DNA of 64,000 bases from Candidatus Latescibacterota bacterium (GTDB lineage: Bacteria; Latescibacterota; UBA2968; UBA8231): assembly GCA_965243025.1 (NCBI GenBank), contig CBDETY010000003.1, positions 3,360,001 to 3,424,000 of the forward strand, read 5' to 3'. The notes beneath the pieces are model-generated. The model did not search any database, was not told the DNA's origin, and saw only the letters and a list, made by a program, of their open reading frames with translations. Shown here one piece after another: positions 41,192 to 51,446 of the stretch (positions are counted from its first letter, which is position 1; every line of letters starts with the position of its first letter). The translations under genes and the position numbers were made by a program.

Positions 41192-42028
41192 TCAATCCTC
41201 GCGGCGCGGGCGAACCACTGTCTCGCCGTCCGGTTCGATGAGGGGGTGATGGTAGATGTAGGGGGGCTCGAGCACCGCCTGCTGCGCCTCGGTCAGCTCC
41301 GACACCCACTCCGGCTGGGTGACCTCGTAGGTGCCGCCGTCGTAGTGCAGGTACTTCGGCGTGTACCGGTAGAGCAGGGCGCGGCGGTCGTGGTCCGCCT
41401 GCCACGGCAGGGTGCCGTGCAGGGTGTTCTCGCTGAAAATGACCATGTCTCCGGCCTTCAGGGGCACCTGGTACACGACCTCGTGGTGCTCCTCCCAGGT
41501 GGTGATTTTCGCAGGGCAGGTGAAGTTCGCCTTGTGGCTGCCCGGGATGACGCAGAGGCCGCCCTCGCCGGGGTTCTGGTCATGCAGGGTGTACTGGACC
41601 ACGAGCAGGCCGCAGCGCATCTGGCCGTTGGTGTACGCGTAGAAGCGGGAGCCGTTGTAGAGGACGTTGGTGGTCCCGTGGATGCGCAGGCCTTCGACCC
41701 CCCTGGAACCGGTGATCAGGAACGGCTCGTGGTCGAGCTTCCAGCCGCGTCCGTGCAGGGTGTCGAGGTAGGGCAGGAGCCTTGGGTGCGCGAGCAGGTC
41801 GCGGAAGGGCTGGCAGTGCGGCTGCTCCCAGGTGAGCATGCCGGTCAAGATGCTGCGCTTTTCCAGGCCGGCCATGTTGCCGCTTGGGTCGCCGACCGGG
41901 TCTTCGCGGCGCTTGTCCCGGTTGGCGTCGAATGCGTCGTTGAGGGCTTTGACTTCGACCGGCGAGAGAAACCCGGGGACGACGATGAAGCCCTGCAGGT
42001 CGAAGAGGAATTTCTCGGTGTCGTTCAT
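41192..42028 (-). CDS. PhyH-family Fe(II)/2OG oxygenase lacking HxD
   Basis: KFLFDLQGF, LRIHGT, IPGSHKANF, AGDMVIFSENTLHGTLPW. Confidence 0.85.
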   Translation of the reverse strand: MNDTEKFLFDLQGFIVVPGFLSPVEVKALNDAFDANRDKRREDPVGDPSGNMAGLEKRSILTGMLTWEQPHCQPFRDLLAHPRLLPYLDTLHGRGWKLDHEPFLITGSRGVEGLRIHGTTNVLYNGSRFYAYTNGQMRCGLLVVQYTLHDQNPGEGGLCVIPGSHKANFTCPAKITTWEEHHEVVYQVPLKAGDMVIFSENTLHGTLPWQADHDRRALLYRYTPKYLHYDGGTYEVTQPEWVSELTEAQQAVLEPPYIYHHPLIEPDGETVVRPRRED

Positions 42029-42082
42029 GGCGATTCCGACCTTCCATCTGTTGTCGGCCGCAGTTCCACGGGCGAGGGCAAG

Positions 42083-42859
42083 TTATCCCGGCTGCACGAT
42101 AAAGCGGGCCAGTTCCTTCCCGCGCGGCGACAGCGTTTCATAGAGGTTGCGGGGCAGCGAGGGAGCCAGTCGGGGCAGACGGAACCAGGGGGCAAGGTAC
42201 CCGACACTGGTCATCGGCCGGATTTCATCGGAGTTGTTGGCGGTACCGCCGTGCCAGCAGCGCACGTCCCGGATGAGCGCCGTTCCGGCCGGGGCACAGA
42301 TTATCGACTCCTTCATGCGGCCGGGTTCCTCCTCCTGCGTCGGAATCGGCTGACGGGTCCGATGGGTACCGGGCACGAACCGGATTGCGCCGTTGATCCT
42401 CTTGAATTCCACCATCAGGAAATTCACGACAATATACGGCGTCGGCACGTCGTGGATCGTCACCTGGCCCAGTGGATCGGCGAACTCGTCCCCGATGTCG
42501 GAATGCAGGTGCTGCTCCTTGGCACCGGGGATGGAGTAATCGCCGCCGCCCCCGGAGCAGATGAAATCCCGACTTCCCCAGATCGCCTCCAGAATCGGAA
42601 GAACGGCCGGCAGATCGATGAGCTGAACCCACTCCGGATGATGGAGCTGCGGCCCGAAGGAGTACCGGGCATGGCCCCGGTTCGCCTGCTCGAGCGGAGT
42701 TTCGGCCATCTGCTGGGCGATGACGCGGGCGGCACCCGACCGGGCGAATGCGAGCTGTTCGGGATCGAGGGCATCCCCGACGGGAACGAACCCGTCCCGG
42801 TGGAAGTTCGCCGCTGCTCTTTCGACTTCAGAAGGATCGATGATTTCGACGTCGAGCAT
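42083..42859 (-). CDS. PhyH-family Fe(II)/2OG dioxygenase
   Basis: FHRDGF, QHLHSD, VPGTH, RDVRCWHGG. Confidence 0.88.
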   Translation of the reverse strand: MLDVEIIDPSEVERAAANFHRDGFVPVGDALDPEQLAFARSGAARVIAQQMAETPLEQANRGHARYSFGPQLHHPEWVQLIDLPAVLPILEAIWGSRDFICSGGGGDYSIPGAKEQHLHSDIGDEFADPLGQVTIHDVPTPYIVVNFLMVEFKRINGAIRFVPGTHRTRQPIPTQEEEPGRMKESIICAPAGTALIRDVRCWHGGTANNSDEIRPMTSVGYLAPWFRLPRLAPSLPRNLYETLSPRGKELARFIVQPG

Positions 42860-43000
42860 GGTTGGTCGGGGCTCCCTGCACCCGACTCGGGACGCCAAAG
42901 CCAGGCGCCATCAGTCCTGCTTCCACCGCCATGATACGCGGATGCCTTTTCCGTAAGATAGATACCTGACCGCCTCCAGTCCGCCGGCGTGCCTGCCCCT

Positions 43001-43220
43001 GTGCCCCGTCGCAGAAATATCTCGACATTGGGACGCCGATCCATTGAGGGGTAAAATCGCGGTTTTATGAAACCCTCATCCGGTGCGATTTTTCCCCTCA
43101 ATCCCGGCTCACGGCGTTGCCTTCGCTCGCCGTACACCCTCGGTACGACTCGCTCAGGCGCCTTGTGAGCCGGGCGCCTCGGCATCCCAATTTTGTCAAT
43201 CTATCTCTGCGACGGGGCAC
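43001..43220. mobile_element. MITE/REP-like nested palindromic element (220 bp)
   Basis: Terminal IR GTGCCCCGTCGCAGA/TCTGCGACGGGGCAC with imperfect extension to ~40 bp; two internal hairpins; followed by TAG. Confidence 0.75.
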
Positions 43221-43263
43221 TAGCACCTCCGCCCGGACCTGCTTTCAACAGGAGATGGGACCC

Positions 43264-45090
43264 ATGACAGCGATAGAACGTCCGCAGTCGTACAGGAACA
43301 GAATGGACGAATGGCTGTACGTGATGCGGTGGACGACCCTGAAGTCGCGGGAAGCTTCTCCCGCACTGTTTGCCGCCCGCGCCGTTTTCTCGGTGGTCCA
43401 AGGACTGTTCGTCATCCTGTGCTGCGTTGCCGTCTGGTGGGGGGTGGACTGGCTCATGGCGGCGCTGGAGTCTCCGCAGCAAAGCGAACAGATGCTGACC
43501 CGGCTGGCGCTGCTGGCCGGGGGCCTGCTGGCGGCGGATGCGGTCGGGCGGCAGATCTCCTATTGGCTGGGTTCGAGAGCGGAATTTCACCTTGCGATGC
43601 TTCTGGAGGGTGAATTCCTGGCCAAATCCGCAGAGCTCGACCTGGCGGAAATCGAAGCCGCCGGCGAACGGGATCTGCTGAAGAACCGGCACGCGCTCGA
43701 TTACACGGTCTGCGGTGTGATGGATTCCCTTTACCACTTCATTTTCCTGGGCGTCGAGGCGGTGGGGCTGGTGTTCCTGTGTGCCTTGATCGGCTGGCCG
43801 GTCTTTGCGGCCGGGGCGGCCCTGCTGGTCGTGAACTTCATCCAGTGGCTGACCCGGCCACAGAAGGAGTCGCAGGATGAGGAATTCACGCTCAAAGCCA
43901 ACCTCGACCATCTGCTCTCCGGCCAGCATCCGGCCAAGGAGATCCGTCTGTTTGGTCTCGTCCCCTATTTCAAGGGAATGGCCGAAGAGGCGGCCGAACG
44001 GTTTTTCAGCAGGGGAATTTTCACCATCGGGGATGGGGTCAGGAATCTTGCTTTCTACCTGCCTTTCCTGGCAATCGCCCTTGGCTTCGGCTACTGGCTC
44101 GTCGAGCAGATAACTGCCGGGGAGATTTCCCTGGGATTGGCTTCAATGGCTCTTGTCGTGGTCTTCATCGCTCAGAAGGCCGTATCCGGTTTTTCCAGAA
44201 TGACATGGGCCTGGGAACGCTCCCTCGAAGGCATCCAGGGCTACCAGGCCTTTCTCGACATTGAGCCCCAAATCAGACCTGAACCGAACCTTCCCGCGGT
44301 GCCGGCCGATCTCGGCTCGGGCATTGTGTTCGAAGACGTCTCCCTGACCTATCCGACGGGCGACCAACCCGCGATCGAAGGGGTGTCGCTTGCCATTCGG
44401 CCCGGCGAGCGCATTGCGCTGGTGGGCGAGAACGGCTCCGGCAAGACGACCTTCGTCAAGCTTCTGACCCGGCTCTACGATCCGACCGGGGGACGAATTC
44501 ACCTGAATGGCCGCGACCTGCGGGAATACAACGTCGAAACGCATCGCCGGCGCTTTGGCGTCATCTTTCAGGACTATATGCGCTATCACGGAACGGTCGC
44601 CGAGAACATCGGCTACGCGCAATACGAGCGGCTCGACGACCGGGACGGCATCTCGTCCGCGGCCCGGAGAGCCGGAGCAGGCGAATTCATCGAGGCGCTG
44701 GAGGAGGGCTACCAGACCCGTATCGGCTCCTGGTTCGAGCGCGGCACCGACCTGTCCGGCGGACAGTGGCAGAAGATCGCCCTGGCGCGCGCCTTCTTCC
44801 GCCAATCCGACATTCTCGTGCTGGACGAGCCGACCAGCATCCTCGATGCCCGCGCCGAATACGACATTTTCCAACGCTTCCTCGAACTGACCGCCGGCAA
44901 GACCACCATTCTCGTCTCGCACCGCTTTTCGACCGTCCGCATGGCCGATACGATCTACGTATTTCAGCAGGGGCGCATTGCAGAGCGCGGCAGCCACCGG
45001 GGGCTGATGGCCCAGGACGGACTCTACGCCGAACTGTTCAACATGCAGGCTGAAGGCTTTCTGCTGGATAATCCCCGGGCAGCCGGGTAA
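43264..45090 (+). CDS. ABC transporter ATP-binding/permease
   Basis: AKEIRLFG, GENGSGKT, LSGGQWQK, LDEPT. Confidence 0.92.
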   Translation: MTAIERPQSYRNRMDEWLYVMRWTTLKSREASPALFAARAVFSVVQGLFVILCCVAVWWGVDWLMAALESPQQSEQMLTRLALLAGGLLAADAVGRQISYWLGSRAEFHLAMLLEGEFLAKSAELDLAEIEAAGERDLLKNRHALDYTVCGVMDSLYHFIFLGVEAVGLVFLCALIGWPVFAAGAALLVVNFIQWLTRPQKESQDEEFTLKANLDHLLSGQHPAKEIRLFGLVPYFKGMAEEAAERFFSRGIFTIGDGVRNLAFYLPFLAIALGFGYWLVEQITAGEISLGLASMALVVVFIAQKAVSGFSRMTWAWERSLEGIQGYQAFLDIEPQIRPEPNLPAVPADLGSGIVFEDVSLTYPTGDQPAIEGVSLAIRPGERIALVGENGSGKTTFVKLLTRLYDPTGGRIHLNGRDLREYNVETHRRRFGVIFQDYMRYHGTVAENIGYAQYERLDDRDGISSAARRAGAGEFIEALEEGYQTRIGSWFERGTDLSGGQWQKIALARAFFRQSDILVLDEPTSILDARAEYDIFQRFLELTAGKTTILVSHRFSTVRMADTIYVFQQGRIAERGSHRGLMAQDGLYAELFNMQAEGFLLDNPRAAG

Positions 45091-45231
45091 AGGAACATCG
45101 AAATGCCAGACGAGTCGGGCTTCCTCGAGTCCCATTGGCCGGGCAACAGGCTGGCGGATTTACCCCTGCCGAATCGGTCGTTGGTGACCTCAGCGCCGCA
45201 ACGCATGACAATTGGCCGGAGATAGCGCCAC

Positions 45232-46332
45232 ATGAAGATTGCAAGTTTCCAGACCCGCCTCCTGTCCCTTCCCGCCGAGGAACCCCTGGCCGACAGCCTG
45301 CCCGACACCGGACGGCGGCAGTCCTTCGTCACCCTGGAAATGACCACCGACGAGGGCGTTGAAGGCGTCGGGGTCACCTTCGTTCCCGACCTCGAGGCCA
45401 GCCGGCTGACCGGGGCGCTGCGCATGTCGGTGGACGAGGTAGCCAGGGCGACGGTCGGGGAGGACCCGATGGAAATCGAGGGCATCGTTCAGCGGCTCGA
45501 CGTGGCTTTCTCCGGAGCCGGGCCGGGCGGGTTGCTGGCCATGGCACGGGCGGCCGTCGACACCGCCCTGTGGGACATCAAGGGGAAGGCCCTGGGCCAG
45601 ACGGTGGCCTCCCTGCTGGGGGGCTGCCGGCGGCGCGTCCCCGCCTACGCCAGCGGCGCCCTGATGCGTCCGGTGAGCCCGGAGCGGCTGGCCGAGATCG
45701 GGCCGATGCTGGTGGAGAAGGGGTTCCGCCAGATGAAGACGCAAATGGGCGGCGAGACTTTGGCAACCCGGGAGGTCGAGCGCATCCGCAGGCTTCGCGA
45801 AGCCGTGGGAGACGACATCGACCTGATGTGCGACATCAACCAGGCCTGGAGCGTCAACCGGGCCATCGACGTGGGCCGCCGCGTCGAGGAGTACCACCTG
45901 TTCTGGCTGGAGGACGTGGTCGCCCACGACGACTACCAGGGCATGGCCAAGGTCGCCGATGCGCTCCACACCCCGATCGCCGCGGGGGAGTACGTGTACG
46001 GCATCAGCCCGTTCCGGCAGATGATCGAGAACGGCTCGGTGGACATCGCGATGATCGACCTCGTGCGAGTCGGCGGAATCACGCCGTGGCGCAAGGTGGC
46101 GGCGATGGCCGAGGCCTTCAACCTGCCGGTGGTCAGCCACCTCGTGCCCGAGATCCACGTCCAGCTGATGGCGGCCATACCCAACGGGCTGACGGTGGAG
46201 TACATGCCCTGGTCGCTGCGGCTCTGGGAGGAGACGCCCGTGTTTTCAGAGGGCTTCCTGGAGGTTCCGGACAAACCGGGCCTGGGACTGGCCTTCGACC
46301 GGGAAGCGCTGCGCAAGTACACCGTGGATTAG
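45232..46332 (+). CDS. Mandelate racemase-subgroup enolase superfamily enzyme
   Basis: VDTALWDIKGK, DINQ, WLED, AGE, VSH, PGLG. Confidence 0.92.
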   Translation: MKIASFQTRLLSLPAEEPLADSLPDTGRRQSFVTLEMTTDEGVEGVGVTFVPDLEASRLTGALRMSVDEVARATVGEDPMEIEGIVQRLDVAFSGAGPGGLLAMARAAVDTALWDIKGKALGQTVASLLGGCRRRVPAYASGALMRPVSPERLAEIGPMLVEKGFRQMKTQMGGETLATREVERIRRLREAVGDDIDLMCDINQAWSVNRAIDVGRRVEEYHLFWLEDVVAHDDYQGMAKVADALHTPIAAGEYVYGISPFRQMIENGSVDIAMIDLVRVGGITPWRKVAAMAEAFNLPVVSHLVPEIHVQLMAAIPNGLTVEYMPWSLRLWEETPVFSEGFLEVPDKPGLGLAFDREALRKYTVD

Positions 46333-46405
46333 CGATCCTTGAAGGTCGAGGCGACATTTCGGATACATCGGATACAGTGGGGGAGTCAAACCGGAGGATC
46401 AGGCA

Positions 46406-47455
46406 ATGGCAAACTACGAGAACCTGAAGAGCCGCATGGACCAGGGTGAGGTGATCCTCCTGGACGGGGCCATAGGAACCGAGCTCCAGTCCATGGGCGT
46501 GCCCATGCACCCGGCCTCGTGGTGCGGCCCCGGCAACTATACGCATCCGGCAACGGTGCGGCAGATGCACGAACGCTACATCCGGGCGGGGGCCGACATC
46601 ATTACCACCAACACCTTCAACACCCTGCGCCCGGCGCTGGAGGCGTCGGGGTACAGCGAGCTGGTGAGGGAGATAAACACGCGGGCCGTGGACGCGGCGC
46701 TGGAGGCAAGAGACCGGGCGGCCGGCGGCCGGCCGGTGTACATCGCCGGCTCCATCTCCTGCCGGATCCCCATCCGCGACGGCAGGACGGGGACACTCCT
46801 GGGCGGGACCGGCTACGGTTACGGCGCCAGCCTCTCGACCGAGGAGCTGAGGGCCTACGCGGGCGAACAGGCGGAGATCCTGGCCGAGTCCGGGGTGGAC
46901 TTCCTGCTGATGGAGAACATGTGGGCCGACAACGAGTCGAGGGCGGTTGCCGCCGAGGCGGCCATGGCCACGGGGCTGCCGGTGTGGGTGGGATTCACCG
47001 CCTCCCTGGCGCCTGACGGACAGACGGTCCGGATGAGCCTCGCCGACGACCGTCACTATGCCGTCGGCATGGGGATGCCGGTGTGGACTTCGAGCTGGCG
47101 GACGGTCGACCATGAAATGATCCTGGCCGACGGCATCGCCGGGATCGCGCCGCTGAGGCCCGACGTACTCTGCGTGTTCCACAGCCGGATTGATGCCACC
47201 ACCGCGGCGCTTCAGGTCATGCTCGATCAATGGTCCGGCCCGGTTGCCGCCTATCCTGACGCAGGCCGGGAGGATTACCTCGACACCTGGCAGGACAGCA
47301 GCGTCGTCAACGATGAGTCCGCGGAGGAGTTGACGCGGGAGGCCTCCCGCTGGATCGGAATGGGAGCCCAGGTCATCGGCACCTGCTGCGGATTCGGGGC
47401 CGACTACATCAAGGCCCTGGCCGGCGCCCTTCCGGACCGGATCCCGTCGCCGTGA
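46406..47455 (+). CDS. Homocysteine S-methyltransferase family protein
   Basis: LDGAIGTEL, H..YI.AGADII.TNTF, IAGSI, IGTCCG. Confidence 0.9.
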   Translation: MANYENLKSRMDQGEVILLDGAIGTELQSMGVPMHPASWCGPGNYTHPATVRQMHERYIRAGADIITTNTFNTLRPALEASGYSELVREINTRAVDAALEARDRAAGGRPVYIAGSISCRIPIRDGRTGTLLGGTGYGYGASLSTEELRAYAGEQAEILAESGVDFLLMENMWADNESRAVAAEAAMATGLPVWVGFTASLAPDGQTVRMSLADDRHYAVGMGMPVWTSSWRTVDHEMILADGIAGIAPLRPDVLCVFHSRIDATTAALQVMLDQWSGPVAAYPDAGREDYLDTWQDSSVVNDESAEELTREASRWIGMGAQVIGTCCGFGADYIKALAGALPDRIPSP

Positions 47456-47543
47456 AAACCGGCGTAGGGCGCCCTGCGCAAATCCACATTATCTCAGACA
47501 CAGCTGACGAAGAACAAACCTCCCGGTGACGGAGGGACCTCGC

Positions 47544-49076
47544 ATGGAATCCAAACCACTCGTGGTAGTGGGGGCCGGGGTATCGGGGACGGCCGCCGCC
47601 ATCGAAGCGGCCAGGGCCGGAGTGCCGGTCACGCTCATCGACGAGAACCCCGTCGGCCCGTCCATGGTGGGGCTGGACGTACCTCAGCTCTTCGGGCGAC
47701 GGGCCTTGGAATCGCTGCGCGACAGGGCCCTCATGCTCGAGAGGGTTGCGGCGGCCAACGACTCACTGGCGGAGGCGGAGGAAGCCGGCGTCGACGTCCG
47801 GCTCGGGACCTGTGTGTGGGGGGCTTTTCGCAATACCGAAACCAGCAGGGTCCTCGACGGCCCGCAGCTCGGCCTGGCCGACGACAGGCAGTCGTGGGTG
47901 GTGAAGTACGAGCGGCTCATCGTGGCAGCCGGCTCCCGGGACCTGGGCATGTCCTTTGCCGGGTCGAACCTGGCCGGCGCAATCGGGGCCAACGGCGCCT
48001 GGTCGCTGATCAGCCGCTACCATGCCCTGGCCTCCCGGCGCATGGTGGTGCTGGGCTCCGGCAACCTCGGCCTCAACACCGCAAGGATGGCGCTTGACCG
48101 AGGCGTCGAGATAGCCGCGGTCGTGGACGTGTCCCCGTCCGTCCGCGGAGACGAGGCCCTGATGGCGGGGTTGCTGGAGGAAGGCGTTGAGCTGTACACC
48201 TCCCACACGGTCAGGGAAGCCGCGGGCCAGGCCGGCGAAATCGAGTCCGTCGTGCTGGTCGGGATCGACGGCGGCAACGAGCCGGTGGCCGGCTCGGAAA
48301 AGGTCGTCCCCGCAGACACCGTGTGCCTCGCAATCGGCCTGGTGCCCAACGTGGAGCTTCCCGGCCTCCTCGACTGCGACCTCACCTTCAGGTCGGGGCT
48401 CGGCGGGTACGTGCCGGACCGCGACGACTGGATGCGGACCAGCGTCGATTCCGTGTTCGTGGCCGGGGACGCGGCCGGATTCCACGACGGGATGATCCTG
48501 GACCCGGAGATTGCGCGGAACCAGGGCCGCCTGGCAGGAGTTGCCGCGGCCGGGTCGCTGGGGGCTATCGACAAGGGGGAGGCCCTCGCCCGGAGGTCGG
48601 AGATCCAGGCCGGGGGCTCCGCGGCGGCGCCGGCCGAAGTTCACACCGGCTGGGGGAAGTGGCTTCAGTCCCTCGTCAACGCCGGCGGTCCGGACGTCTT
48701 CGCGTGCCAGTGCGAGGAGGTTACCTGTGCCGACCTCACCGGCATGAAGCCGCCGCGGTACCTCGAATGGGGATCGGAGCAGATGAGCCGCCGGAGCCTG
48801 CGCACCGAGGTGAAGGACGGCCCCGTCGACCCGGACCAGGTCAAGCGCCTGACAAGGGCGGGAATGGGCCACTGCCAGGGGCGGCGCTGCCGGGAGCAGT
48901 TGTCTCTGCTGCTTGCCGGAGAGTCCGGCATCGACATATCGGAAGTGCCCCCGATGTCCTACCGCCCGCCCGTACGGCCGCTGCCGCTGAACATCATGTG
49001 GCCCCACGAAGAGACCGAGCAGGTGCGCGGGAACTGGCCCAAGTGGTTCAGCCCGACGAACCAGGTGCTGGGGTAG
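47544..49076 (+). CDS. FAD/NAD oxidoreductase with BFD-like Fe-S domain (OoxA/HcnB/proline dehydrogenase alpha-like)
   Basis: GAGVSG, VFVAGD, CQCEEV, KRLTRAGMGHCQGRRC, RPPVRP. Confidence 0.88.
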   Translation: MESKPLVVVGAGVSGTAAAIEAARAGVPVTLIDENPVGPSMVGLDVPQLFGRRALESLRDRALMLERVAAANDSLAEAEEAGVDVRLGTCVWGAFRNTETSRVLDGPQLGLADDRQSWVVKYERLIVAAGSRDLGMSFAGSNLAGAIGANGAWSLISRYHALASRRMVVLGSGNLGLNTARMALDRGVEIAAVVDVSPSVRGDEALMAGLLEEGVELYTSHTVREAAGQAGEIESVVLVGIDGGNEPVAGSEKVVPADTVCLAIGLVPNVELPGLLDCDLTFRSGLGGYVPDRDDWMRTSVDSVFVAGDAAGFHDGMILDPEIARNQGRLAGVAAAGSLGAIDKGEALARRSEIQAGGSAAAPAEVHTGWGKWLQSLVNAGGPDVFACQCEEVTCADLTGMKPPRYLEWGSEQMSRRSLRTEVKDGPVDPDQVKRLTRAGMGHCQGRRCREQLSLLLAGESGIDISEVPPMSYRPPVRPLPLNIMWPHEETEQVRGNWPKWFSPTNQVLG

Positions 49077-49113
49077 GCGGGGCGCCGGCGACCGGATCGT
49101 TGGAAATGGCATC

Positions 49114-50277
49114 ATGGCTGTCGACAGCGCGGACGTAGTCGTCATCGGGGCCGGCGTTTCCGGCCTGAGCTCGGCCTGGTTCCTGGCCAGGGCGGGCAGG
49201 GACGTCGTGGTGGTCGAGAAGGGGACGGTCGGAGGCGAGGCATCCGGTCGAAACGGCGGCATGATCAGCGAGCGGGTCGACGAGCCGGCGCTGATACCGA
49301 TGGCCGTGGAGTCCCTGAGGCTGTGGCCGGCCCTGGAGGATGAGCTGGGCTATCCCACCGAGTTCGTGCAGGAGGGCAGGCTCCAGATCGCGGTGACGGA
49401 AGAGGAGATGGGCCAGCTCCTTGCGGAGCGCGACGTCGCGCTGCGCCACGGCATCAGCGTGAACGTGGTGGACCCTGCGGAGATACGGGACATGATTCCC
49501 GGGATCACCGACAGAACGCTGGGCGGGACCTTCTTCCCCAATGGCGGGCACGCCAATCCCCAGCGGACGGTCCAGGCATTCGCATGGGCTTTTGAGGACC
49601 TCGGGGGCAGGCTCTACCAGAACACCGCCGTCACCGGCATCCAGGTCGTCGACGGGAGGGTTTCGTCCGTGGAGACGACCGCCGGCCTCATCGAGGCCGA
49701 GGTGGTGGTCGGCGCCGCGGGGCCGCAGACCGGGCTGATGGCGGAGATGGCGGGCGTGCATGTCCCGGTGGCGCCGGCAAGGGTGGAGATGCTGGCCACC
49801 GCCCCCCTGGAGCCGCTCTTCCGGACCGCCCTCGTGGGGAACGGCCTCTACGGGCGCCAGGCCGCCAGGGGCAACCTGCTGTTCGGTGGAGGGCCCCACG
49901 AATGGACCGACGTGGAACTGACCGCCGATCCCGACAAGCCCAACACCCCCCTGATCAGGAACATCTCCCGGCGGCTCGCCGAGCTGCTTCCGGGAGCGGC
50001 GGATGTTCCGGTGATCCGGAGCTGGGCCGGGGTGGTGGAACAGGCCCCGGACTATCTGCCTGTCATCGGCATCCCGGAGCGGCCGGGCAACTACGTGGTC
50101 GTCACCGCGTCGGCCCACGGGTTCGGAATAACGCCCGCCACGGGCAAGGTCGTCAGCGAGCTGGTGCTCCGCGGCGAGTCGAGCATCGACATCGGCGGCC
50201 TCGGGCTGGGCCGATTTTCCGACCTCGGGCAGGACTGGCGGGAGGAGCGCGGTTGGGTTCCCGCCCCCTCCCGGTAG
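49114..50277 (+). CDS. DAO-family FAD oxidoreductase (OoxB/HcnC/SoxB-like)
   Basis: VIGAGVSG, ASGRNGG, RSWAG, HGFGITPA.G. Confidence 0.9.
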   Translation: MAVDSADVVVIGAGVSGLSSAWFLARAGRDVVVVEKGTVGGEASGRNGGMISERVDEPALIPMAVESLRLWPALEDELGYPTEFVQEGRLQIAVTEEEMGQLLAERDVALRHGISVNVVDPAEIRDMIPGITDRTLGGTFFPNGGHANPQRTVQAFAWAFEDLGGRLYQNTAVTGIQVVDGRVSSVETTAGLIEAEVVVGAAGPQTGLMAEMAGVHVPVAPARVEMLATAPLEPLFRTALVGNGLYGRQAARGNLLFGGGPHEWTDVELTADPDKPNTPLIRNISRRLAELLPGAADVPVIRSWAGVVEQAPDYLPVIGIPERPGNYVVVTASAHGFGITPATGKVVSELVLRGESSIDIGGLGLGRFSDLGQDWREERGWVPAPSR

Positions 50278-50326
50278 ACTGGGCCGGCGGGCAACGGCGG
50301 CGACGATTCCGGGCGGCCGCCGAAAC

Positions 50327-51169
50327 TCAGGCAGGCTTCCTCGCCGTCACCTTGCAGTTCGCCGTATCGGCGTAGACTCCCTCTTCCGATTCGTCCCGGA
50401 ACTCGACGCCCTCAGCGGCGATTTCGATCTCCTCGAAACCGGCGCGGCGCAGGCGGTCGACGTAGGCCTCGCGGTACTCCGCCCCCGCGGCGCAGGCGAC
50501 CCACGCCTCCGAACCGGTGGCCGCCGGGCCTTCGGGCGTCAGGGCCAGCAGGTCGGACAGGTGGATGCGTCCGCCGGGGGCGAGGACCCGGAAGCTCTCG
50601 CTGAAGACGGCGTCCTTGTCCGGCGACAGGCAGACGACGCAGTTGGAGATGACGACGTCGAAGGAAGCGCTCGGCAGGGGCATGGACTCCATCTCCCCCT
50701 GGACGAACTCGACGTTGGCGGCGCCGAGGGCGGCCTGGTTCCTGCGGGCGAGATCCAGCATCTCCGGGGTCATGTCCAGCCCGGTGACGCGCCCGGTCTC
50801 GCCCACCTGCCGGGCGGCCAGGAAGCAGTCGATGCCGCCACCGGAACCCAGGTCGAGCACCCTCTCCCCCGGCTGGAGCCCTGCCAGGGCGGTCGGGTTG
50901 CCGCATCCGGCGGAGGCTGCCAGCGATTCGACGGGAAGGCCGTCCACCTGGCCTTCGGTGTAGAGCCGCATGGCGTGTTCCGGGTCCGGCGCGCAGCAGG
51001 AGGAGGCGGAGGGCTCGCAGCAGGCGGAGGGGGCCGGCTCGCAACAGCTCCCTCCGGGCTTGTCGTTCGCGCCAGAGTCCACTGCGGGGCCGGGTTCGGT
51101 CACCCGCCGGGCCTGGGCTCCATACCGTTCCCTGACCTGTTCCTTGATTCCGTCCTGATTACCAACCAT
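50327..51169 (-). CDS. arsM: Arsenite S-adenosylmethyltransferase
   Basis: GCGNP, VLDLGSGGGIDCFLAA..VG..G.V.GLDMT..M, ISNCV, W..C. Confidence 0.85.
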   Translation of the reverse strand: MVGNQDGIKEQVRERYGAQARRVTEPGPAVDSGANDKPGGSCCEPAPSACCEPSASSCCAPDPEHAMRLYTEGQVDGLPVESLAASAGCGNPTALAGLQPGERVLDLGSGGGIDCFLAARQVGETGRVTGLDMTPEMLDLARRNQAALGAANVEFVQGEMESMPLPSASFDVVISNCVVCLSPDKDAVFSESFRVLAPGGRIHLSDLLALTPEGPAATGSEAWVACAAGAEYREAYVDRLRRAGFEEIEIAAEGVEFRDESEEGVYADTANCKVTARKPA

Positions 51170-51446
51170 TTCCTGCGTGTCCTTTCTTTCCGGATCTTCC
51201 CCGCCGGTTGACCATCCCAACGGATGGAAAGACGACCGTTCACCTGCCGGGCGCGGCGTCGTGGCGGAATGGAAGCCGGGTAAGCAGTCCCCCCACCACC
51301 GGAAACATCCGCTCCCAGACACTGGCCGCCGACTGGAAAGCCTCGCATCTGCACGTTTAAGTATATGAGGTCGTCAAGGGGAGCGTTCAAACTTCAGAGC
51401 CCAGGTTCCCCGGGCTTCAACCTCCTGGACCGATATCGATGTAATG

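Noticed and set aside
47544-50277. Hydrogen cyanide synthase (hcnBC) call
   Set aside because: No hcnA, and family motifs do not distinguish it from opine, proline or sarcosine oxidases.
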